This document shows positions 8,901-20,900 of a DNA stretch of 59,632 nt, one piece after another. The notes beneath the pieces were generated by a model. The model was given only the letters and a program-made list of their open reading frames with translations. It was not told where the DNA came from and did no database searches. Where the stretch lies: positions 686,784 to 746,415 of the forward strand of contig NW_004797445.1 of assembly GCF_000002075.1 (NCBI RefSeq). The letters run 5' to 3'. Origin of the DNA: Aplysia californica (taxonomy: Eukaryota). A program made the position numbers and the translations under genes. The stretch's first letter is position 1. The number at the start of each line of letters is the position of its first letter.

Positions 8901-11900
8901 TGTGGATTTTGAGATATCTAAAGAATTCAACCCTCTAACTTGACCCTGATTGCCATTCCTACGTCATCCCTTTGGATTTATAGATCTAGCCCTACCCATT
9001 GGTACTGCACGAATTCCAGTACTGACCCCTTCATTATGATTTGAATCGCTATTAGATGAGTCTAATTCCTATTCGTTATCATCCACAACGGATTTTACGG
9101 CTTTTGATTCAGAGTCACTTTCATAAAATTAGTCTCATTCCCCACACACAACTCAGGGCCACTTCAAGAAGTACTTAGTCGATCGTGAACGTGCGTTTTC
9201 AAGACATTTTTCAAGCTTCTATGCCCATCAAAAGCAAATAATCGCTGTTCATTGGAAAGTTTAAATATTCAGACAGAGCTAACATATCCGTATTTGCGTA
9301 TTTTGGTAATTACAAGGAGAGCTAGCTGTTTGACGTGACCGTATAGCTGTTCCGAGTTTACTTGTAGCCCGGACTGGTCCTTGTTACGAGTGTATACTAG
9401 TAGCCCGGATAAAAAAGAGTTAACCGTCACATTTTTCTAACAACTAACTAGGTCTATAAAATTCAACGGTCATGGGGGCCTAATATAGACCTATTATAGA
9501 ATGGATAAAAATTAATTTTAAAAGGGCAACAATTCCTGAGCATGAGACAAGAATGAAGGTGACATTATCATTATATTTATACACAAATATATGTATAGAG
9601 GCTCACACACAAATTTAATTCTTTACATCATAGCTTGAGTGATATTCCTATAGATTGTAGGTCAGAAAATAGCCACCATGTAATAGTTTTACTTTTGTCA
9701 AAGGCCAGCTATATTCGGACTCGAGTCCGATTAGATTTTTTATCTATTCGAACTTGAGTCCGAAATAGGTTTTATGTATTCGGACTGGGGTCCGAAAAAA
9801 TGTTTTATTTAAATTCGAAGTCAGCTTGTAAGTGGATTATGTGAGTCTAAAGAGGTTACAACTGTCGTCGTGGAATTTTATGTACCAGAATGAACTAGAA
9901 TTACCTACTTGGACTGTGTAATTGTGTCAAAAGTCAAAAGACTGCTCTCTCATTACCCAATGGCAGTGTGACTCAGTGTCTATGTACACAATAACTGGCA
10001 ATTCAGGGTCTTTCCACCACCGCTACAGTATTACTTCCACCACCATTTGTCTTTCCACATTTTAATTTCATTTTTTTGTGTGTTATAGTTTTTCTGTAAC
10101 TAATTTTTTTTTTATCCCACCACACAAAACCGACAGCAGTGACCTCTTCCCAATACCTCTTCCACCAGCAAGGCAGGAGTACGTGATCGCTACGCGCAGT
10201 CTCATTGGTCGACATAATTAGCTTTGCCCCCGGCAAGATCAACTTAACTTGGTTGTTCTATTCATACTAATGATCCAGAGGGGGCCAGTTTAGATAGATC
10301 TAGTAACTGGATATTAAAGCTCACATCTCGATTGTTATCATTATGATTGAAAAAAATTTCATAAATGCTGGAAATATTTAGGAGCAAGGGTCGGAAGTAG
10401 GAACAGACGTCATGCTGGACTCAATTCAGAGTCCGAGTATAATTTTTGTCTCTTCGGTCTCGAGTCGGAATAATCAATTAGTAAAGTTTGTCCAAAATGT
10501 TAGCAACTTATTTTTGCCATCGCATCTTAACTTACTTTTCATTCAATTGTTTTACAGAGAAGACATATGCATCTTTGCCCCGCACAGTGCGGGGTCAGCC
10601 AATCGTCATCAATGGAGATCCCAAAGAAAAGAACTTCCTTTACTGCAATGGAAATAATGTTTTCATCCGAAACATCAATGTAAGTGCTGTTATTTATTTT
10701 GATTTTCATTTTATTTTGCCTAAGTATAACCTGGAAAAAAAGCCAAAGATGAATATCCTATATTTATGGCTGTGTGTGAAAATTTATTCCTGTCTTAAAT
10801 TTACATGGTGTGGGAGGTTTATAAAACCCGGAAGGGAATGCAGTGTTTACCCTTTGTTGAATGAAAGTGGAAATTTATTTTTTCTCTATTCAGTTTAGTT
10901 ACATATGATAAAGTGGAAATCATGTTTGGCCTTTGGATCTTTCAAATCTTCTAATTGATCTGGACAGTCCTGGAGAAAATGAGGACTATAGCAAAGAGAA
11001 GCTGTCATAATATTTAGTATGGTTGAGATGTAGAAAGATTGGAGGTTGTGCATCTACTGACGTCTTTTATAAAAGGGCCAAGTAACATTAACATCTGTTC
11101 TCGTTTTAGCTCTAAAATATATTTACTCTTTTCATTTTTGTATCAACAGGACACTTCTGAATGTGATGTCTATTCTGAGCACTCTAAGGAGACTTCTGTG
11201 GCAAAATACTCCCCCTCAGGCTTTTACATTGCTTCAGGAGGTATTCTTGGCACTTTTTCTAATTTTTTGCTTGTTAACTGATACTGATAACAACAATAGA
11301 TATATACTTTTCCAATATAGTATGATCTTAGAAACCAGAGCGCATGGAAAATCATAAGCAGGTTGAAATTTCATAAAATTGTAAAATATAGCCTTAATGA
11401 TTATTGTTTAGAACAAATTGCTTATAGCTACAGTTGCATAATATAAAATCCTTATTTATTTTTTATATTTATGGATCAGATGATGTGGAGAACCAGGTCA
11501 CAAATTTAGGAACATGATGTCAGGCGTATATTGTCAGTAGGCTACAATGGCAACATCAGCACACTTAATAATTGTTCTTGATTTTTCCTGCTTGTTTACC
11601 CCTGGACAGTAGAGTTTCTTGCCATGTAAAAGAGCCTGTTCGGGTTGTAGTAAGGACCACTAAATATTGTGCTTGTTTGCAGACGTTACCGGCAAGGTGA
11701 GAATTTGGGATACTGTGAACCCAGAGCACATCCTCAAGATTGAGCACTCTGCCATGTCTGGAGTTATCAAGGACATAGACTGGACCATGGACAGCCAGAA
11801 GATCATTGTTGGAGGAGAGGGCAGGGAGTTGTAAGTTATCTAAGGAGAAACTTATTGTTTTCTTTTAGTGAGGGCTCAAACGTTTTGGCTGTAGTTGATT

Positions 11901-14900
11901 AGACTATTTTTTAACCTGCTCATGGTGGGTGTCTTTGGAGATATCAAAAGTCAGTCATTATCAATCCAGGTTGTTGTTACTATCGATCCAGATAAAAAGT
12001 CAGTCAAATGGCTAAGACAACATCTTTTTAGTGTTATAGAGACATGCAGAAGTGCATAATGAGTCAGTATCTAAATTCTAATTACAATAGCAGAGGGAGC
12101 TTAGTGTAGTATGTGACATACTTTACTAAGGGACACCTTTAGAGTTTTTGCCGGAGCACATCTGCAATACCTCCCAAATATTTACCAGCTTTTAACCACC
12201 ACTGTTTCTGAATTAAATTAGAAGGCTTTTTCTTCCTTGCCATGAACTAATGGGATGGTTTTCTTTTGTATTTTAAGTTTAAAGAGATTAGCTTTGCAAA
12301 TACAAATTAATGCTTACAAACTTTTATTTCTATTTCAATTTATGTTTTTCTGATACTGTCCACTTCTTATGAAATTTTAACTGTCAAAGAGGCATTGATA
12401 TTTTGGGGAGTGCAATGTGCCCAATGAAACTAAAATATTTTGTAGTTGTTTTTTTTAGAATGGCAATCTTTCAAGGTTTACATGTTTTCATATTTCTGTG
12501 TTTGTGCTCTAAAATGCTTTATACTCTTATCTTCAATAACACTATGTGCGGAGGCCTTTCTGCAGCCTTTCTACTGATGTCTTTCAACTACTTCCCTGGT
12601 CTTATGGAAAATGTAAGATCTAACGGGTAGCCTTCTCGGATAAGGGCGAAAAATCTGAGAGGTCACGTGTGCAAGTTGCGCCCGTGAAAGATCCCATGGT
12701 CCCTTGGTGGTCCAAAATCGATAAGAGCAGGCTTCGGCCGCCACCCAGGCAAAATTAAACATTTCTTGCCAAGCTGAAAATGGTTAATGTGTCCGGCGCA
12801 CTCATATGACCTTATGCAGTTGCTTTTTTTAACTTTTTTTTTTCTTTTCTCTTTTTTTCCTTCCTATGCCGTTGCGAGCAATTAAAACACTTATTTAAAA
12901 AAACGCAATGAACAAACACCTATTTTGCTTTTCTCACAGCTTTGGAAGGGCCTTCACTTATGATTCTGGAAATACTGTTGGAGAGATCAAAGGTCACAGT
13001 AAATCTATCAACTCAGTGTCTATCAGACAAGGCAGACCAATGAGAGCTGTCACCGGTAGTGAGGACTTTACCTCTATATTCTATGAAGGCCCACCATTCA
13101 AATTTGTGTGCTCAAAAAGCGTAAGTACTTTGCTATATAGTGGGAAAATTCTTTGGGATTGTCATGCATGAACTGGAGTTTTTAAAATTCTAAATTCAGT
13201 CTGGGGTATTTAACTGCCAGTTGTTGCAGTTATGGCATATACATTTCTTAAGAACTGTTATTACTAGTTTACACATTGTTGGTGCTCTTGTTATAGCAGA
13301 GGTTGATTTTTTATTTTTTTTAAATGAATTATTACCAGGTATATGTATCAAGTTTTACCACTTGTGGAATTTTCATGCTAGCTTTCAAATCATGAAGTGA
13401 AAGGTTCAGAGTACAAAACTTTTTTATTTCCTTAGCCGATCCTTTTATAATATATAAGAACCATTCTGTTGTTTGTTCTTTTTAAAAATAGTAGTTTACT
13501 GCTGGGGGGGGGGGGGGGGTTAAATCGAGATTCTTCTGTTTCTGTCAAGCCAACTCATTGGTATATATGTGTAATACTTTTAAAACAGGAACATACCAAC
13601 TTTGTGAACTGTGTGCGCTTCAGCCCTGATGGAAGTAAATTCATCTCTGGTGGGGCTGATGGCAAGGTAAGTTATATCATAAGAAGACAGTGTGTGACTG
13701 CAATCTGTTTCTCTTTTCATTACATCTTTTAAGATTATATTGGATTGTGTAAGTAAAACAGTTTTCTTTCTTAGACTGTGCACTGAAGTTTCTATTGAAA
13801 TCACTCCTTTTTTTTTCTTCTTTTTTTTCTTTTTTTAAATTTTTTTTTAGATGTCAGCAGTGGATGTCTTATAAGTGGTAAACTGCTTGCAAAATTTTAA
13901 GTTTAAGTGAGTGGCATTCACTTGGCCAGTGAAGTTTTCATAAAAGCTGTACATGTTGGTATTGAACACAGCTTAAATGAATTTAATTTATTGTAGAACT
14001 GTTAACTTTTCTTAACAAGCTTGATTTTTGTGTGAAAAATTTAAAATGTCTTTCTTGCCATTATCTTTTTTTAATGTGGCCTGTGACAAAACTTTTTGAA
14101 GCCCCCTTTACAACTTTTATTTTGTTTTTGTTTTTGTTTTGTCATGTACCTTTTGCGGCCCAACCTGAACCATTAGAATCCACAACAATTGAAAGCTGTT
14201 ATTTAAATTCATGTTATTACTTTTTGTATTCGTCAACTCAACCATTTTTTTCCCTCACAGCTGTTTATGTATGATGGAAAAACTTCAGACCTGATTGGAG
14301 AGTTGGGGGCCCCGAAAGCCCATGCTGGAGGTATTTACTCTGTAAGTATCGAAGAGCTCTCTTGAACCAAACACATGTAGCAGATACCTTTTGAGTACTT
14401 GAACAAACTCAGAAGTCCTTGAAGTAGTCCCCTCTTTTTTCTCCTCGGGGAAAGGTGTGTGTGGTGGGGGGGGGGGGGGGGGTACTCTTGATCCTGAAAT
14501 GGTAATGTGCTCTCCTCTCATTTTGAAGCACTAGGTTTGATTTCGGATTTGTGATGGAATTGTTAAGGGAAAGTTTCAATCTTTTTTGCTCACCAGGTCC
14601 AGATCTCAAGTAGTATGGGATTGGTCGCCTTGTTCATTTAACTCTAAGGTCTTGTGCTCATTGTTGAAATTTTGACTATTGAGAGCCAAGAGTAGCAGAT
14701 CTTGTCTCTATTTATCCAAACCAAAAAAAAATTAAAAGCATGCTTTTTTCAGTACACATAACCAAGAGTCTCTTAAAAGGTGACAAAAAGCTGGAACTTG
14801 CTGAATTGCAAGGATGCTAGATTGTAGTAGGAAAGGAGGCCACATTCAACACCACTGTGGACATGAAACTTTTTTTCATTTTGCCCCATTAAAAATTTTG

Positions 14901-17900
14901 TTCTACCTTAATCCCATGTTATATATCAAAAAGATTCTAATTAGTACTGGTACATTGTTACTATCACATGAAAAATGAGCAACTCCCAACAGACTTACTC
15001 ATTTCCTTTTCTAGCCATTTGACCTGTTGGACCCATAGTTGTTTATGATTATGTGCACATCGCTTTGTGGTTATGTCATGCTGACTATTCATACAACAAT
15101 CTTCCCATGCCCCCTATTGCATTATGATGACTCCATCCAAGAGGGCCACCTGTCTTAGACAACCGCTTTTCTCATTGGCAGGGGGTGGTCACTTTGGACA
15201 GGTTCTACTGTATTCCATTTTTGTTGTGTAGTGTGAAGATTTTGATACGACCCTGTGTTTTGTGAGCTGGGACTGTGTCCATCTCTTTTCTTCCTTGTGC
15301 TGTACAGCGGGTGGTTAAAGGCTGTCTCTGGTTGGTCCTACTTCTTTTTTTTCCTTCTGTTGTTTCTGCCTGTCTTACTTTTTCCCAGCGCTGAATGACC
15401 CATTATTATATCTATGTCCTTTTCTGTACTTAAGCAAACGTAACTAACAAACTTTCCCTATGCTTTACAGATCTGCTTCAACGCCGACGGCTCCAAATTG
15501 CTGTCTGTGTCAGGAGACAAGACTGCTAAAATCTGGAACATTGAGGCCAACTCTGTTGAAACGTAGGTTCTGATTCCAAATAGCATTTCATAATGAGAGT
15601 TGGCTGCCAGTTAACCTGATACTTTGTTATCTCTTGTACTTTTCAGTTCTGTTTCTCTTGGCAGCATAAATAGATAGAGGTTACTCCAATTTTGAAGATG
15701 TATGATAGCCAAAATAGTCTATTTCTTTTTTGTAAGTGTTTTGCGGGGTTCGCAACTGCATGAGGTCATATGAGCGCATAGTCTATTTCTTTGATTCAGC
15801 TTATCTAATTTTGAAGATGCATTTTTGCCAAAATAGTCTAGTTACTTTTTTACGGGTTGTTTCTAATTTTGAAAATGCACCATTATTAAGATAGTCTATT
15901 TGACTGTAGTAAGTACTCAATTTAGTACCTGTGGCAAGGGTACATAAAGCAAAATATTTCAAACTTCCCCCCCCACATAAATCTGTCATAGATAACATTT
16001 CAGGGAAGATTTGATCCATCTGTATACTTTATTATGCTGTCAAAATTGTCCAAGATGGCCACATATTGGATTATGACGGCTTGTCCACAGCCACAACATC
16101 AAGGGTGATATATAATTTATAACAATGTGTCGAGCGATGAGAGATTTGCATGACCATTTTGGACAGGTTTTTGGAGCTGTTAGTTGGTAGAGAATAGTGG
16201 CCACAGAAGCGTTGGACAGGTTGTTGTCTTGGGCAGTAGCATTATATAGTAAAAATGCAAGGAAGTGCAAAGTGGCCCTTTCTAAAGGCGGTTGTCTTGG
16301 ACAGGTTTCACTATATATGTGAGAACTGCAAACAACTGTGCTTTTCCGCCCCTAACTTTTAACTAATTTACTTTAACTTCTTTACTGTGCTTCTCGTTCA
16401 CTCAGATTCATATTTATTTCTTGGAAATTAGATGAATGATATTGACTGTGCTGTACCAGCCACCCTGAGATTCATTTCTTCTGGGATTACTTTTCAGAGA
16501 TTTCGTGCTAGGCAAACAAGTGACAGACATGCAAGTTGGATGTTTGTGGCAAGGGGACAATATCATCACCGTGTCTCTCTCTGGAAATTTCAACTACTTG
16601 GACCCTGCTAGTCCAGCTTCACCCAAAAAAATTATCAAGGTAGGTATGGTCAATAAAATTTAGTGACGGTAGAACATGTAGTACATCAACACTTGATATA
16701 ATGAAGGAATGAAAAAGAGATAAGTTGTGTACACTTTTCTACGGATGCTGTTTTTGTGGATTTTTTCTTCTTTATTTCTGTTATATTAATTTTAGTGTAA
16801 TGATGTTATTTCCCTTTTTAACAGTCATCCATTATATCTTTGGGAGAATTTATTATTCTCTGCTTTGTGAATGAGATTTTGCTCAAATCAAGCTGTGCCG
16901 CCCTGTGAAAGGATCCATTGTGTCACTTGAGTGGCTCTGCTCTTAACAGCTGATTCTGAATCATTTCCTGGTGCTAAATTTGGCTCTGAATGATTTACTC
17001 GCCCTCATAGAAATAATGTCTTTACGATTTCTTTCTCTTTGAAAATCTGTAGTTGTTCCTTATGACAGTTATGTGAGGCTGAGAAAATGTACTCTTGTGT
17101 TGTCTGCTTATTCTATCTTGCTTCACTGCTTTGATGTCCTTGCGAATACTGTCTTTTAGTCATAGCGAAGTCTGTTCTTACCTTGGCATATGGCCGTAAG
17201 TCGTGTGTGATTAAGTATAAACATCTTATTTCTGAGTTTTTGTATTGACTGTCTCTTTGTATTGCGAAAAGATGGTTTTGCAATGATACACTCACAAGTG
17301 TCTGTGATGTGGCGCATGCCGGAGACCTGAGGTCGATTCACAAGTGGGGAGAGAAAATTGTTTATCCCTATTTTTCTGTCTTTCTGCTGGGATGTTGTAT
17401 CCTGTTCAGCCCTGGTTGGCCCTGACTGGTGAGGTCAGAAGCTCGCCTCCTAAATTATCTGATGGGGGCATAAAAAACACCTACATTATGACATACATGA
17501 TGCCTACATCTTTGTTCACTGAATTTGCCATCAGGTGAATAGTGGAAGAATTACGCTCACTTTTACCACCAGATTTTTTCTCTTGTCCACATGTTAAATC
17601 CTACTGCACTTTTTTGTTTTCTGTATTCTCCTGGAAAATAGTTTTCATTGAAAGGAAAATTATACATTGCTAGATACGTCCTGAATTTTTTTTTTCAGGG
17701 TCATAACAAGCCTATTGTGGCTCTGACTACAAGCCCTGATGGTTCCAGTTTCTACACTGCGAGCAGCGATGGCCTAATTGGTATCCTTGTCCCATAGAGA
17801 AATATTTCGTGTTTTTTTTCTATTATGTCATCCTTGTTAGAATATATGCTTGGCTTTGGAAGTGCACCAGTTGTTTCAAGACATTTATTCCTTGTCACAC

Positions 17901-20900
17901 TTTGCTGTCAGATCTGTTATGATGTATGTATTGCAAATAGTGTATCAAGTTTGAACATCTTTAACATTTTATTCTTCTTACCAATTCAAAGGAAACATGG
18001 CACAACAGTTCAAGTGATTTCTTTGGAGAGTATATTGGAAGTACAGTTGAAATTGTTCGAAGCAGCCTCCTACTGTCGAGGAGAAAAATGTTTGTCCTAG
18101 ACAAGTGGACCGCTTTGACAGTGTCATTATTATGTTTTTAAAAAGACAGGGGTGGAAGTGGGATGAGGTCATTTGTACATGTGGTGATTATTTTGGACAG
18201 GTTTCTGTTAGAATAGGAGTGAATGTTTTTAAGATTAATTTTGGTACTTGGAAATAGTGCTCTTGTAATGTTTACCAGGGTTACCCTGATCATGTGATTA
18301 TGTCAAAATTGCTAAGTCATTTTGCCATTTCTCAGTGACAATGTAATAATGTCAAAATTATAAAGCCATTTTGCAATTTCTCTAACGGTGTAATGATGTC
18401 AAAATTATACGGTCATTTTGCCATTTCTCCTTGCCGTCATGTTGACTGTTGTGTCTGTTTTATGATAAGAATTCCTGAACTAGCCTCCAGTCAGTTGGAA
18501 TGCTGCTACTGGTGAGAGCGATGACATTAAGGGCAAAGGTCACACCAACCAGGTGATGGACCTGGCCCTCGGCGGGGATGTCCTGGTGTCTGTTGGCATT
18601 GACGACACCGTCCGATTCACACCGACTGGCAGCGGGGAGTACAGGTCTGTGGTTTCTGTTTTGTGTCGATGAAATGGATGTGAATGTGTGGATAATGTAA
18701 AGTGAGGTTTGTGAGAGAATGGTCTGTCTTGCTTGAAGACACAATCAAATATGGATGACAGAAAGGGAATGGTCGATTGTTTTCTTTTGCCTTTACGTGC
18801 CAACCCACAATGTATCGTTGATATGGTATATTTTTTTGGGACAAAGTAGGCCCTTTTTTTCACATGAGTGAGGTAACGAATTTTGTTTACTGATATTCTT
18901 ATTTTCTGATACTATCTCTTTGCACTTTATCCTCTTGTCTTCATTTTGATGTCAAAGGTGTAAGTTTTATTTCATAGAATAAACCTATTGCCCTGTCCCT
19001 CCCAACGCCTCTTCAACCAGTCACATTTATTGTACGCTTGTCTGGCACAACCGTGGAAACCCCTGTGGCTTGGAAACTGTTAAGGAGTATCTCTGCTTTT
19101 GAACATAGATGACCCCAAGTCCATGTTTGAGCAATAGCACTCGGCAAGCTTGTGGCAAGTCTACGGCGAGACTACTTGTCTTTTTTAGAGTGAAAACAAT
19201 GGGATGAGGGGTTCAGTTACGTCCACTGTGCAGATGCAGGTGGTTCAGCCACAGTTTTTCCCAGCCAGATGTTAACAGATGGGTGCAAAGTCTGCTGGAA
19301 CAAAGTTAGGGTCGAACTGTGCCTTGTGTTTCTTGAAGCAGTAGGCAGACACTAGCTATGTGACAAAACTTTAACTAAATTGTTTTTTGTTGCCAAAATG
19401 TCTGTGTGCAGTTTAGTGAGTTTGAATACACATACATTATCTTAAGTTATGATCATGTATCTGTCTGGCCCGGTCAATATCAGTCGTAAGACGCATTGTG
19501 CTATTATGAGCTACGAGGCTCGAAAGGCAAAAAAGTGACTTTCCATGAAATTTTTTTTGTGTGGATATTTTGAAAGTTTGATGTCTTCTGCTTCATTTAA
19601 GATAAAAATAAACACAACTATATTCGACTATGAATATTTCTTGTTTTAAATTGTAGGGAAAAGGTGATAGTTTTTTAAGATAATGTTAACTCAGTTTTGA
19701 AATTTCCTTCATATGACTGATATTGACCGGCAGGGACACACATATGTTTATTTGATGGTGTGTATACATACAGTGTGTGTGTGTGTATCAATGTACTTGA
19801 GTTGATTTTATAATGGTACCAAAGAAGCCATTCTCATATAAGCTATTCTGTACTTTTCTCTGCCTACAGTGGAGACTCTGTAAAACTTGAGTCCCAGCCC
19901 CGTAGCGTGGACTTCAAAGAGAATGTTGTCGTCATCGCCTGTCTCCGTCATGTGAGTTGTGGAAAGCTTGTGTTTGTGTTTATGCTGGATTGTGTGTTTG
20001 TATGGGGGTTTAGGGGTTTTTGTAAGGGGAATCATTCATTTGTATTTAAAAATACTAATCAAGATAAAAATGTTTTGAACCAAGTTCATGTGAAGAACCT
20101 TTAACTCACTGAGGACCAAGGTGTGGGCTACTTTATATTCCCAAGAACCCAGCTAATATAGGGGCTCTCAGAAAAATCATAACTTAAGTTATTTTGTCAA
20201 CCAATTTATAAAAAGTTTTCAATATCATATTATGTATGATTGAATGTTCTTAGAGGGAAACCCCCCCCCCCCCCCCCAGCAATAATGAACGTGTGCTTAC
20301 TGATTTTAGGCGTTTGAGAATGAGGTCAAATGTTGAGATTTGAGAACAATCTTTATTGTGTTGCATGTTTTCTTCATTTTTATATGAATCACAAATTTGT
20401 TTATCATTTGCCTCAAAGACGTCTGAAATGTTCAATTATGAGCTTATAAAGATTATAAATGACTTTTGAGACTTAATCTGTTAGTTTGGTTATGAAATCA
20501 GAAAAGTGCTACATCCTAGTATACTGCAGGAAAACCTTCATAAGAAATAAACTTTTCTAGCTATCTCAGTCTTTCATCACTCTGACTCTGAACTGTCTTT
20601 TAATATTTGCCTAGGTTTTCTTTAAGCATGATTTGTTTTTAATATATTACTTTATTAAATGGAAATACTGTTTTTTGTGTGTGTTTTTTTCTGGCTCTGA
20701 ATTGAGCTTGTTTTGCTGCAGAAAGTATCAAAATGTACAGTGAATTCCAGGAAATGTTTGTACCTTGTGTAACTCCAGTGTGATGAGATTTGTGTATTTG
20801 GTTAAATCTCTTGCAGGTGTTGGTATTCGACGCGTCAGGTCGCAAACTGTCCTCTCTGCAAGTGGAGTATGAAGGATTGAGCGTCAGCATCAACCCAGGG

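Noticed and set aside
17283-17330. Possible intronic C/D snoRNA (ATGATA...CTGA)
   Set aside because: C box imperfect, too short, no terminal stem and no recognisable rRNA complement.
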